64,000 nt of DNA from Tetramitus jugosus (Eukaryota; Protista; Heterolobosea). The stretch covers positions 248,001 to 312,000 of the forward strand of contig OW569355.1 of assembly GCA_937625935.1 (NCBI GenBank). Reading direction: 5' to 3'. Shown piece after piece: positions 9,418-20,800 of the stretch; the first letter of the stretch is position 1; each line of letters opens with the position of its first letter. Position numbers and translations under genes: made by a program. The notes under the pieces were generated by a model that was given only the letters and a program-made list of their open reading frames with translations, did no database searches and had not been told where the DNA came from.

Positions 9418-9824
9418 GTTGTTGTTTTGTGGTTGATGTGTTGTGTGATTGCTTTTGGTTTTTCGTGTTCGGCAAACTCTGTTTTTTCGTTGGTGTGCAG
9501 AGCTCTGCGGACGAGAGTGTGACCTAAGGTGGTTCCTTCATCCGCATCCCACACAACCCTTCAATCAATTGCGTGTTGCAATTCAAGAGTCCAGGTCAGT
9601 AATCACCTCTCGCTGCGAGAAAGGATAAAGCGAGTGAAAAGGAGAAATAACCATGAATTCCCACATCGGACAATTTCTACTTCAACCAAATCAACGAAGA
9701 TTGCTTTGTCGGACTGTTCTTCGTTCGCTCAATACAAAAATAAAAACCAAAAAGCCGACAAAAACTTCAGAAAACCGAAAACGACTCAGAACAACAAAAC
9801 CACAAACAACAACAACATAAAAAG

Positions 9825-11129
9825 ATGAGTGCTCTCGGTTTCCTCAACTTGAAATCCTTTCACCCTAGCAACAAGGCCAACCAACGTCGTCTCTGGATTG
9901 CTCAAGAACGTGAAAAGGATCGTTTGCGTCGAGAGGCAGAAGCAGCCAAAGAAGTGGCTCACGAACAAGAGTCACGTCTATTGGCTCAACAAGCAAAAAA
10001 CATTTCTGGTGATTCAATTGAATCAAAGAGTGAAATGCTTCGTAGAAAAGCAGGTCTCATGCTCACTGGTGGCACCAGCAGTGTTGCTCCCATTGATGTT
10101 GTTGTTTCTTCGTCGACAAGACCAAGTTGGAGTGATGTGAGATCGGTACCATCTCATTACAATTACACTGAACAAGAAACACATGTGATGAATGGTGCTG
10201 AAGACAATGGTGCGAGTGCTGGTCGAAAGAGAAAGCGCACAAGACGAAAAAAGAATGACAGCAGTACTACCGCTGGTAGTACAAAGACAGTGAGTGGAAT
10301 TGGTCCTTCATTGCTTCAACAATTGGAACAGCAACAACAACAGTCACTCTCCAGTGGTTCAGTTCAATCCGAAGCGAATTTGCATCAACTTCGATTCATG
10401 TACGATGCACCACCCGGTCTCAAGAATGCACTGGACAAGGAGAGAGAGCGCGAACACGAGCAAAAACAGAGAGAACAAGAAGAAGAAGAAGAGGAGAGAC
10501 GGAGACAGGAAAACGATAATAGAAATGAGGAAGATGACGAAAATGACGCGAATTCAAAAAGAATGGAAGCTCACAAAGAATATGTTCCAAAGCACCTCGT
10601 TCCCGACGCTGTCAAGTTTCCCATTCTTAAGAATGCACCTGTTCAGGGCACGTACGCTGATAATGTTAAGATTAAGCACAAACCATTTGGTATAGAGTTG
10701 CGTGATGTGAGGTGTACGCGGTGTGGTGGTTATGGTCACACCAATGTGGATCGTGAATGTCCAATGAGAGGACACGTACTCGATCAATCTGTATATTTGC
10801 GCCATGACCCAATCACTGTGACGAAATCTAGTTCTTCATCTTCACAGAATGATCGCACAGATAGGAATAGCGACTCAAACAAACAAAAGGAAGAGAAGAA
10901 ACTAGAGGAGGATGCTGAAGCATTGTTGAACAAAATGACCGACAAAGAGCAGAAGGCACTTCTTAAAAAGTATAAGGAGTTGAGGCGAGAGGAAAAGAGA
11001 GAACGAAAGAGACTGCGGCGAGAGGAAAGAGAACACAGACATAGAAGACACGATGACAGAGATTCTCCAAGACACAAGAGAAGAAGATATGACTCGCATT
11101 CATCATCATCCGATTATGATTCACATTAG
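9825..11129 (+). CDS. CIR1: CBF1/RBPJ-interacting corepressor CIR1 homologue (splicing factor)
   Basis: Cir_N motif FLNLKSFHPSNKANQRRLWIAQE; FMYDAPPG; KPFGIELRDVRCTRCGGYGHTNVDRECPM zinc knuckle; R/H/D-rich tail. Confidence 0.9.
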   Translation: MSALGFLNLKSFHPSNKANQRRLWIAQEREKDRLRREAEAAKEVAHEQESRLLAQQAKNISGDSIESKSEMLRRKAGLMLTGGTSSVAPIDVVVSSSTRPSWSDVRSVPSHYNYTEQETHVMNGAEDNGASAGRKRKRTRRKKNDSSTTAGSTKTVSGIGPSLLQQLEQQQQQSLSSGSVQSEANLHQLRFMYDAPPGLKNALDKEREREHEQKQREQEEEEEERRRQENDNRNEEDDENDANSKRMEAHKEYVPKHLVPDAVKFPILKNAPVQGTYADNVKIKHKPFGIELRDVRCTRCGGYGHTNVDRECPMRGHVLDQSVYLRHDPITVTKSSSSSSQNDRTDRNSDSNKQKEEKKLEEDAEALLNKMTDKEQKALLKKYKELRREEKRERKRLRREEREHRHRRHDDRDSPRHKRRRYDSHSSSSDYDSH

Positions 11130-11206
11130 TTACTCTCTGAATACAACATGTGGTGTGCTATGGCCGACATAAAAATCCAGCGATTGATCGGATTTGTACA
11201 AAATTT

Positions 11207-12139
11207 TTATTCTTGTTTTGGAGTTTCGGTAGTGGTAGCAGTGGCTGGCTTCTCTTCACCATTGGCAGCTGCATCATTCTTGTTCACTCTTGGCTTTCTT
11301 GGTCTGCGACCCTTGCCAGTACCCTTCTTCTTTCCGGCTTCCTGGCTCTCTCCAGTAGTGGCTGGAGAGGTTGGTGTAGCAGGGGAAGCAGTGGTAGTGG
11401 TAGCAGCTTCCGATGATGTCGTGTCATCAACCTGCTTTGGCTTCTTTGGGAATCTTCTCTTTGCTCTCTTCTTCTTCTTCTTTTCGCCAGATTCGACAGC
11501 AGCAGTAGTAGCTGGTGCTTGATCTGAAGATGTGGCAGAAGTAGATGCTGGGGCAGTTTCCTTCTTCTTCTCCTCAGCAGGAGCAGCAGCTTCAGTCTGT
11601 TGCTTTTGTTTTCTGGCAGCAGACTTCCTGTTTTGGGTAGCCTTCCTTTGTGCACTCGATCTCTTCTGCTTTGGTGCATTCTCTTGGATCGGTTGAACCT
11701 GATCAGCAGGGATTGGTGCCTGATATCCAACATGTTGGGTATCCAATGGCTTCTTGGAGAGTGTAATGTTCATGACAGACACGACTCTTGGTTGTGAAAT
11801 GCGTTCCAGTCCTTCAGTCTTTGGCTCAAATTCATCCACAATGGATGCACTCTGGATCTCATTGATTTGATGCAATCCAGCGACACGTCTCTTGATGACT
11901 TCTGCCAGAGAGACAGTCTTGTTGATCGTTTGACCCATACCCTTCAGAACAATCTGATCGTACACGGTTTGTTCCTTGATCTCTGCTTGTTCGTCTTGCT
12001 TCAACAAGCTAGGATCCAACAGGGCAACAGCGTATGAAATGTATGATCCGAATGATCCGACTTTGGTGATGCGAATTTCGTTTGGTTGAATGTCTTCTTG
12101 ATTCTTGGTCTTCCTAACTCTGGTGTAGTTCTCTGCCAT
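11207..12139 (-). CDS. Alba-domain RNA-binding protein (RPP25-like)
   Basis: NEIRITKVG..SYISYAVALL, IVLKGMGQTINKTVSLAEVIKRRVAGLHQ, ITLSKKPLD...GYQAP; K/R-rich disordered tail. Confidence 0.9.
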   Translation of the reverse strand: MAENYTRVRKTKNQEDIQPNEIRITKVGSFGSYISYAVALLDPSLLKQDEQAEIKEQTVYDQIVLKGMGQTINKTVSLAEVIKRRVAGLHQINEIQSASIVDEFEPKTEGLERISQPRVVSVMNITLSKKPLDTQHVGYQAPIPADQVQPIQENAPKQKRSSAQRKATQNRKSAARKQKQQTEAAAPAEEKKKETAPASTSATSSDQAPATTAAVESGEKKKKKRAKRRFPKKPKQVDDTTSSEAATTTTASPATPTSPATTGESQEAGKKKGTGKGRRPRKPRVNKNDAAANGEEKPATATTTETPKQE

Positions 12140-12576
12140 GTTTGCTAATGAATGATATGATGATAATGATAATAAACGAGTGGAGTGTTGTGGGTCGGGT
12201 AAAAATGTTGTACAAAGGATGTGTGGAAAGTTTTGTGTTTTTGCGTATGTACACGTGTGTTTTTGGTGGTTGGATTGTGCGTTTTTATTGTTGTGCTTTC
12301 AGACGTGGGAAGTTTTGGCAGCGATTCACCATCGGCGGAGCGGAATTTCATTTTTTGTAATATGTTGGTTGACAACTCTTTACGATTCACACTAGCACTT
12401 TTAAGACTTAGAGTGGGATGAAGGATGGTCTTCATAGCTCATTTATTATCATACAACATGTTTGAAGGCGAGTTAACAGAGAAAGAACTCGTGGTTTTTT
12501 CTTCAGAGGCCGATCGTTACTCCATCTACGATTTTGCCGCCTGCTCCGCGGTTGGTAGAGAGACGGAACGAAATAC

Positions 12577-13669
12577 ATGATCCGAGCTCACATCTCTATT
12601 GTTACACCATCTGAAGAGAGAGAGAATTCTTCAGCTTCTCTCAATGATTTCTCTCAGGAAGAGGCTTTGATGGAGTTGAAGGAACTCTTTGAGCTGTTTG
12701 ATGCCGACAAGGACGGTTTTATAAGTTTTTTGGACTTGAAGAATACCTTGATATCTCTATGTGAATACGAGTCAGATCATGGCGTGGAAGAAATGATGCG
12801 AAAAATGTTGATAGGTGATCTTCCTAGAACTAACTCCTTTTCGGTCAGTCGAGAAGAACTGAGAAACACTTCTGTTGAGACGAAAGATCCCTCGGTCATA
12901 CCGAACGCTGATATTAGAAGCCAAATAATAGATTTTGAGAAGTTTGCTCAAACTTTTTTATTCTATCATATCAATGAAGAATCAGTGGAAGAGGACAATG
13001 AAGTATTAGCCGGTTTGACACAGTCCCCAACTTCTGCCTCTATGTCAACCCAACAATTCTCTTCCCCTAATAGAGTGTTTGTACCAGTATCAAACACCAC
13101 CCTTTCTCCTTCTATGATGAGACGAAGAAGCGATATCAATGAGAAAAGAGACAAAATGGCAGCGAGTTTGGCAAGAAGACACAGACACGAGAGCTTATCC
13201 AAAGCGTATGAATTGGCAGAGTTAATTCAAGATAAAGTTCCTACTATAACAAGCGGCGAAGAGGATGAAGATGATGATTCGGTTCAAGATGAACAATTTG
13301 TAGAGCAGATAACGTTAAACGAATTCGAAAATAGACAAGTTTTTCGAGTTCTAGATATTGATGGAAATGGCTCGATAACCATAGGAGAGCTGAAGGGTAT
13401 GATCTTAGTCCATGTGTTTCGATAATAGATGAACTAACTTTTTATCAGACTTAATATTGAGGTATTGTTCGAGTGACATATCAGACGAACTTGATGAAGA
13501 TCGATTAATCGATATGCTAAGTGTGGTCGATATTAACTCAGACGGACAAGTTCAGTACGAAGAGTTCTTACGGCTAATAGAGTTGTTCGAGAAAAATAAG
13601 CGAGAGAATAGAATGAAGATACTTGATATCAAAGTTGTGGTTTCAGAGGTCACTGAAACTACAGAATAA
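12577..13669 (+). CDS. EF-hand calcium-binding protein (intron 13397..13448)
   Basis: EF loops DADKDGFISFLDL, DIDGNGSITIGEL and DINSDGQVQYEEF. A GTATGA...CTAAC...CAG intron joins the two ORF-track pieces in frame. Confidence 0.85.
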
Positions 13670-13726
13670 AAGTTCTGATTACACCCGCCAAAATGGTACC
13701 TACAACAAACAATCAAAGCGATATCA

Positions 13727-14623
13727 ATGAGAAAATCGTCAACCAACACTTCAGCCTCTAGAAAACGGAGTGAAAGTCTTCCAGCTGAGCTCTCATCAAC
13801 ACAAATCCCCTCCTACAAACAGCACACTCCAATCAAGAGTTCCAACATAGTGGTAGCTGGATCTGGGAACCGTAACATAAGCGAACTTGCGAAACAATTG
13901 AAAGCCAATGAAAAGTTGAAGAATTCTATGGCTCATAAGAGTCCTCAGATATCGAATATTCCCTCAAATAGTCAACCAAAGAAGAAAGTGAACTTTCCTT
14001 ATCCAAAGTTCAGTCGGAGTGAGTACCAACAGCAAGCAATGAGAGACAATTTTGGTGGAAATGAAGAAGGTGAGATGGGGAAAGGGAACGGATCACTTCA
14101 AATATCGAGACATGACATTGAAGTTGCCTTCCAATTCTTTGATGTTAACAAACGAAATAAGTTGACGGCGAAGGACTTACGAAATAGGTTAAAGGTATTC
14201 TATCCGCACTTGTCAAACAATGAATACAAATTCCTCATTAGTGATGATAACTTTACGATCGATAAATTGGAAGAGATATTGTCGTGTGATGTAAGTACGA
14301 ACTTTGATCCTTACAAGGAAGCATTCAAAGTGTTTGATCCGCAAGAAACTGGATTCATCGACATTGAAACATTATCAACCATAATGAGTCAACTTGGATA
14401 CGGTACTATATCGAGTGAAGATCAACGAGTGCTCATCAGTACGGCAGATGTGGATGGAGATGGAAGGGTTTCACTCGAAGATTTCAAAAACATGTTAAAC
14501 CCTAGTATTGCAAAGGAGAGAAAGGAAACAGTGTTGACGCAGGAGTTGAGAGCAGGATCAAGTGACACACTATCATCAGACAAACTACAGGACAAACCAC
14601 AGAACCAGTCATCTAATACTTGA
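13727..14623 (+). CDS. Calmodulin-like EF-hand protein with N-terminal extension
   Basis: AFQFFDVNKRNKLT, EAFKVFDPQETGFIDIETL, DVDGDGRVSLEDF. Confidence 0.85.
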   Translation: MRKSSTNTSASRKRSESLPAELSSTQIPSYKQHTPIKSSNIVVAGSGNRNISELAKQLKANEKLKNSMAHKSPQISNIPSNSQPKKKVNFPYPKFSRSEYQQQAMRDNFGGNEEGEMGKGNGSLQISRHDIEVAFQFFDVNKRNKLTAKDLRNRLKVFYPHLSNNEYKFLISDDNFTIDKLEEILSCDVSTNFDPYKEAFKVFDPQETGFIDIETLSTIMSQLGYGTISSEDQRVLISTADVDGDGRVSLEDFKNMLNPSIAKERKETVLTQELRAGSSDTLSSDKLQDKPQNQSSNT

Positions 14624-14714
14624 CTGCAAGAATGCTCAGTCCAACTGAGATACACCGTCATGTGACCAATAGAGATAAAAAACGTGAATACTTTGTCATT
14701 ATTACTACTATTTA

Positions 14715-15392
14715 CTATTTCTTCTTGAACAACTCGCGACAATTCTTAAAGTCTGGTATGCCGCACAAGAACCACAGAACAACCAACAAAATGGCCACAA
14801 TAATAAACACCAATATCAGTATTAGCTTAATATTCTTCCACCACATGGCATTCTTCAATTTTTTGCTCTTGTATCGATAATTGTGAGCCGATTCTGATAA
14901 GTCCTCTGTTCTGTCCACCAACAAATCAATCTTCTCACCTCTGTCCAACACTTTTTCAATATTGTCAATCATGACGTCTTTGACTTCTTGAATTTGACCT
15001 CTGACCTTGTGAAGCTTATCCGACTCTGCAGAGTTTGAAAAATGCTCCATCTGAGTTCTCATCACCCTGGAAAAATCACTGTTCAGACTGAGTGAAGTTG
15101 CACTCTTTGCACGTTCTCCATAACTGCTTGAAAATCGATTTTTAATGTCTTCGAGGAACAAGAAGGGAATTCGGTTGCCAAACTCTTGATCACTCATGCA
15201 AAAGTAGGTGAATCCCTTGTCTACCATGATGTGAAACACATATGTGTCATATTGATAGGATACTTTGGTGTTGGTTTTTGATGGGAGTCGTTCCAAAATT
15301 TGTCTCGAAATTTTTTGAAAATTTCCCTTGTTTTCAGTGTATTCGACAAGCACGGTTTCACCCCTAGCAATGAGTGAATAAATGATGGCCAT
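14715..15392 (-). CDS. VAMP7: Longin R-SNARE VAMP7
   Basis: Longin N-terminus MAIIYSLIARGETVLVEY; synaptobrevin motif VKDVMIDNIEKVLDRGEKIDLLVDRTEDL; AMWWKN followed by a TM helix. Confidence 0.95.
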   Translation of the reverse strand: MAIIYSLIARGETVLVEYTENKGNFQKISRQILERLPSKTNTKVSYQYDTYVFHIMVDKGFTYFCMSDQEFGNRIPFLFLEDIKNRFSSSYGERAKSATSLSLNSDFSRVMRTQMEHFSNSAESDKLHKVRGQIQEVKDVMIDNIEKVLDRGEKIDLLVDRTEDLSESAHNYRYKSKKLKNAMWWKNIKLILILVFIIVAILLVVLWFLCGIPDFKNCRELFKKK

Positions 15393-16013
15393 TTTTTTTG
15401 ATCTCAGGTGGTGTTATTCGCTTTGCTTTTTTTTTTGTTCTTGGATTGATTTTGGTTTTCTGTTGGATCGAGTTGAATTCGGGACTGGATGAATTTGGGG
15501 AGCGGGGCAAGTCCTTTTTTTATCTCCGCTCACCATCCAATACAACTGGCGACTTTGTTTACTGTGCAGTTTCTATTCTCCTTCATCATTTTTGTCTACT
15601 CACCAGTCAACTCTGGTATCAGTCCATATCAGACGCAAACGTGACGATAGAACCGCACTGTACCACTTGAGCCAACGTCTGGACAAGTACAGTTCCCATC
15701 TCACTGTCCAGCAAGCATCTATCTGTTGCTTGAGGGGACTGTGTGATGATCCATATTTCCCAGCTCTGTGATTTCAACAATTGCTTCTGCTTTAACTCCC
15801 ATCACCCATTCTTTGTTTAAAAAGGTCTATTTGAATCATTCCCTAACTGACCAACCAAAGATCTCCCAAGGTTGTATCCATGGTCATCCTCCTAATGAAC
15901 AAAAATGTTGACCAAATAGTAAAATGCCATCAAGTGAACGGCACACAACAATAAATGACTGGAGAAAAAACCAAATGAATCTCGAACAAGCGATGTTGTA
16001 TTAGACATGTGTG

Positions 16014-16397
16014 CTAATGAAATATTGAAGTTAATGCATAAATGAAGGCACGCAATGTTGCAATCAATGCATTCAAAATGGTCTCTAAAAGTGTCTGTGC
16101 CACAAATTCCCATAAGAAATCAACAAATCCATGTGTTTGCTTCTCTTCTCTCGATTCTTTCTGTTTCATTTTTTGTTGTTCCATACGCTTCTTCTTTTCT
16201 GTGAGATTGTGTTCCCATTGTGTTGCTCTGGCGATCGCTTTCTCTACACGAGGTCTTCTCTTTTTTTGAGCTGGGGATTCATCCTGTTGTTCTTGGTGGA
16301 ATTGTCGAGTATGGAATTGCCTGGTGCCCACTATCACGGCAGCATGCTGCAGTCTCCATGCCATAAGAGGACGCAATGTCCTTCCAGAAACCATCAT
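16014..16397 (-). CDS. Small hypothetical protein, possibly mitochondrial membrane-anchored
   Basis: From MMVSGRTLRPLMAWRLQ (presequence-like RQFHTRQFHQ), a charged coil and a hydrophobic C-terminus. The upstream part of the track ORF overlaps a decayed repeat. Confidence 0.5.
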   Translation of the reverse strand: MMVSGRTLRPLMAWRLQHAAVIVGTRQFHTRQFHQEQQDESPAQKKRRPRVEKAIARATQWEHNLTEKKKRMEQQKMKQKESREEKQTHGFVDFLWEFVAQTLLETILNALIATLRAFIYALTSIFH

Positions 16398-17081
16398 CTT
16401 TGTTGCTTGAATTTTTTTGCTGCTTGATGTTCCAAGGAACACTCTGTTGGTTACTTTAGAAGCCAAATTCAACATTTCGTGGTTGTATCTTTCCACTTTC
16501 GTACAACGCATCCTCGAACCATTTAGCGACCTTGACAAAATCTCCTTCAGCCGTAACAAACAGAATTTTTTCCCTACAACAATGTGTGCTTGCTGCGCAA
16601 GCACACGATTGCTCATTTATTGACTTGTTTTGTGAGTAACGACCCGTAGGGTGTGGAGACTACTCCTGAGCTAGTGAGGTAGAAGAACAGAGGGCTGTTC
16701 CAACACCACTACCACTACTGCCTGTTGTACCGCTCAGTGCTGAGAATCTGCATTTGCATCACCCATAACCACGAAAGCAGTGTTACGCTTCATGAGCACA
16801 CTGCTCTCAGGTCCCAGTAGCTTCTTGATGTCGTCCACTGACATGTTCTTCATGTCATGGACGACCACTTTTCTTGTGCAATCAACTCTGTTTTTTTTTA
16901 ATACAACCATTTCGGTTGCTCACTTTATTGTCTTTTGTTTTCTTCGGCCATCGCTCGAAAAGCGATGACCCTAGGTCACCTGATTAATTCTCAATTGCAC
17001 AAACAGAAATTTTTTTCCATACAACAGTTGTTGCCACTTTATTCTATTCACTACTGTGAGTCATGATTCCGCTCGGCACCG

Positions 17082-17519
17082 TTAAGTGACGAGCAGTGTT
17101 TCACTCCTCTGCGCGACAGAGTTAATAAATATCTTGTATAGTGCCTTGATGCACGACCTCTTGATTGAGTCAATGACTCTCCTTATCTTTTTCTCTGCTT
17201 CACTTCTCTTCTTACCAGAGAGCTTCATTTCGTCCAGGAGTTCTTCCTTGAAATCTCCTTCATTTCCCATCAGTCCCTCCAGCGTACCTTCAGGTGTTCG
17301 CTTAGCATTTCGTGGTTGTATCTTTCCACTCACATACAAAACATCCTCGAACCATATAGGGGCCTTGACAGAGTCTGGCAGACTCAACTTGTCCAGTTTC
17401 ACCTTCAGCTCTTCAACCACGCACAAACAGAAATTGTTCTATTGTCCCTCATTGATGTCTACGTTCATACAATGGTGGAACCACCTCTTCCCATTTCGAA
17501 TAGAGAAGTTAAGCGCCAT
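17082..17519 (-). pseudogene. Interrupted ORF of unknown family with nearby degenerate copies
   Basis: The ATG 17519 frame is broken by an in-frame TAG at 17441-17439, then reads ...DSVKAPIWFEDVLYVSGKIQPRNAKR.... A frameshifted homologue, DFVKVAKWFEDALYESGKIQPRNVEF, lies at about 16460-16550. Confidence 0.55.
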
Positions 17520-17853
17520 CTGGCTGAGTTAGTATTGAGATAGGAGACTACTTGAGAACCCTCAGTAATGTAGGCTTTTAACATTTCTTGAACAACTTTC
17601 AATCAAATTCAATAATAGTCACCAATTACGGACAGTGTGTTTCGTCACTTACTTAAACAGGCATCCACATACTCTTTATGATTGCTTTGACAGAATTTAG
17701 AGCTCTACCTTTTGGTTATTCTTCTTCTTTTTCTTCGTCTAGTCGAGCCATAGTTTCCATCATCGTTATCTTCTTCATTACTATCATCAGATCTCTCTTC
17801 GGTCTTTTTCGTCTTTGTCGGCTTTCTCTTCTTTTCTGGTTTCTTTCCATCTC

Positions 17854-20800
17854 TCATGTCAAGAATTTTTGAACGACAGTTGCTAAGTCACTGCTCATCA
17901 GTTCCACAGGTGTTTTACCATCAGAATCGGTAATCTCAAGGCTGGCTCCAAAGACGAGTAGATCAAATAGCATCGATTGTGTAGAGTTAACTGCGACATT
18001 ATGGAGACAAGTTCTACCAAGATTGTTCTTGATATTGATAAACTCTGTCAAATCTTTTGTGTTTAGATGATCAAGAGAGGGAAGTTTTGTCTTGCTCCTT
18101 CTTTTTGTTTGCTTTGGTGCAGTTCCTTCCACCTTGAATCGGTCAACAATAGACTGTAGAATAGAGGATAAGTCATCGTTGATGAATCGCGAATGTGTAC
18201 CACTGGTCAGCAGGTGCACGAGAGTGGTTCTTGTTCTGGGATCAACTAGTTTGAGGGCATGATCCAACAATGGATCATCACTATAGTTACGAACAAGCCA
18301 ACTGAACATGTAGCTCGCTGCCGTTGACACCATAAGTTGCAATGTGCTCAAAGACTTGACAGCTCTCTCTTCGTCAGGATCAATTACCTCAGATGGTGTG
18401 TGTACCAACATTTCCAGCCATGACTGCTTTGGTTGCACCTCTTCAGTTTGAATCATTAGTGAAACGAATTTGCTCTCATGCACTGCATCAATACGTCGTT
18501 GAACCATACACTTCCGAATGATTTGATGTAATTGAGTTTTGGATGGGACAGCACCATGATGCATGACAACTGACAGAGCAAATGAGTGATTTTTCTTTTC
18601 TAAAGCGATTTGAACTGGACTGTCGAATTGTGGCGCAAAAGTTTTTGTAAATGGCCAGAGTATTGAAAAGATTTCATAGCTGCCCAACGTCGAGGCTATC
18701 AGGGCAGCATTTCGTGGCCTTCGTCCATCAACAATATCATTTTCCAGTGGCATACTAATCAATTTTGACAACTCTTCCCTATTATACCTCTTCTTCCAAT
18801 GCTTGATGATACACTGACATAGAGAGGCATCTTTTTCGGCAGCAAGATGTAAAAGATTGGGTTTTGTTTCTTGTGTTTCATCTCTGACCAGTACGTTGCT
18901 AGTGTAGTTCATCAATTGATCGAACATGGGTAGTGTTGTCACAACCTCCAATGCGAGTGACAGAGCAGGAATAGGAGCTACTACATTGAAATCTTTGCTT
19001 GAAAAAACTGGCTTATTGGCAATGTCACTCAGCTTGATCGATAATTCATCAAGCAAGTGTAAACCTTTCGGTGAATTGAGCAACACTTGCAGAGGACTAA
19101 TACCCGAGATATATTGCGAGGCTGTGTCTGATGGTTCAGATCGTTCATAGAGCATTTCAGGGTAGTGCTCCAGACAAAGTAGTGCACAATGCTTCGCCAC
19201 CTGATAATCGCCGATGTGGAACGTTGTTTTTGATTTGCTCATGGACGTCAATGAATTTGTTATCTCTTCCATCTTTTTAAGTGCAAAATGTAAAGCATTG
19301 AATCCATGTTGCATTCGTGGACCCAAGAGTGTTGATAATGGCTTGGAGGAGATTGATGGCTGTTGGATAATGATGTTAATCAGTGAATAGTTTTGGTTTC
19401 GAAGTGCTGATGTAACAATAGTCTCCCCCATGTTGTTTTCAAGATCAACTTTTGCTCCTGCTTTAATCAATTCCGCAGCATGTCCATCCACAAAGTCTTC
19501 CTGATTGGTAATAGAATTACTTCTCGAAGCGTCTGTTCTTGCGGAGTAGAACAGAGCGTTTTCTCCCCTCACATTCAATGCATTCGCATCAAAATTATTT
19601 TTCAGTAACCATTGAATCATTTGTATGTTCGGACTTGTCAAGGCAACATGGAGTAAATTGCCACGTGATGTTGTATAACTTTGCAGCGTTTGATCCTTGA
19701 AGCAAGGTAACATGGATATGTGGTTTAGGAACTCGATTTGAACATTGATATCAAGATGCTCATGATAACAGTTCGGTGGGAATATTTGCTCGATAGGAGT
19801 TTGGCCCTTATTATTTCTTTCGAATATTAGATTCTCAGGACACACTGACAGAAGATATTGCACCAGAGAAAACTGTACGAACCGACAGGCAGAATGAAGA
19901 ACATTGTGTCCATTTTTGTCCACGTTTGTTAAAGAAGCGCCAGCAGTCGCAAGGTATCTGACATCGCCCATACAACCTGCTGCATAATCCCCAGCCAACA
20001 CCAACTGGATGAGTGGGAGATCTTTTTTGTCATCATTAATTATTCCCTCGAAATCTCCAAGAACTATCAACTCAGGATTTACAGACAGGAGGTATTTCAT
20101 CAAACTGGTTCGGATAGCATTGGACGGACGACTAACCATAAGCTCGACAAGATAATTACGAACGCCATTGACAGCTATCGAGGCGTTGTAATCCTCTATG
20201 ATGGTCTTAATCAAGGTCAATCCTTCTTCAGTTGAACACTGCGATATCAAAGTACCGAGGAGAGTACATAAGAATGCGTGTCGATAAAACGTGCTGTCGA
20301 TGTTCATGACCAATTCGGGATATTTCATTCTATCAGGATCTGTTAGTAACTCCATGGCCTTCAGCCCTGTGTTTACATTATTGTACACAAAGCTTGCATC
20401 TATTTTAGTGTATGGAGCGAGTAAAACCGCAGTCTCTGCTTCTGGTAGAGAAAGAAGTGGTTGAAAATAAGGATATTCTCGGACAGCACTATCGATAATT
20501 ACCTCCAATATGTCGTTGGTCTGGTATCTCACAAATGTTTCCATGTGAGATAAAAAAATTCCCTCCTTCAAAGACATATGCTTCATATAATCAACGTGTG
20601 AGATAGCAGGTGCCCGTAAAGTGGGTAGATAAGTACTTGGCCCCACCAGAGATACATCAAAGTGCGAATACATATCTTTGATGTGGTCCCAGTCTGGCCT
20701 ATGAAACAAAGAAGTGGGTTTAAAACCGATGTACGGCAGAGTAAAGTGCTGAATATCCACACTGATTGGTGTCATCCCATTGAAGCATAACAAAGAACGA

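Noticed and set aside
15560-15900. Possible small spliced gene on the minus strand
   Set aside because: I could not build a consistent exon structure; every frame I tried hit a stop.
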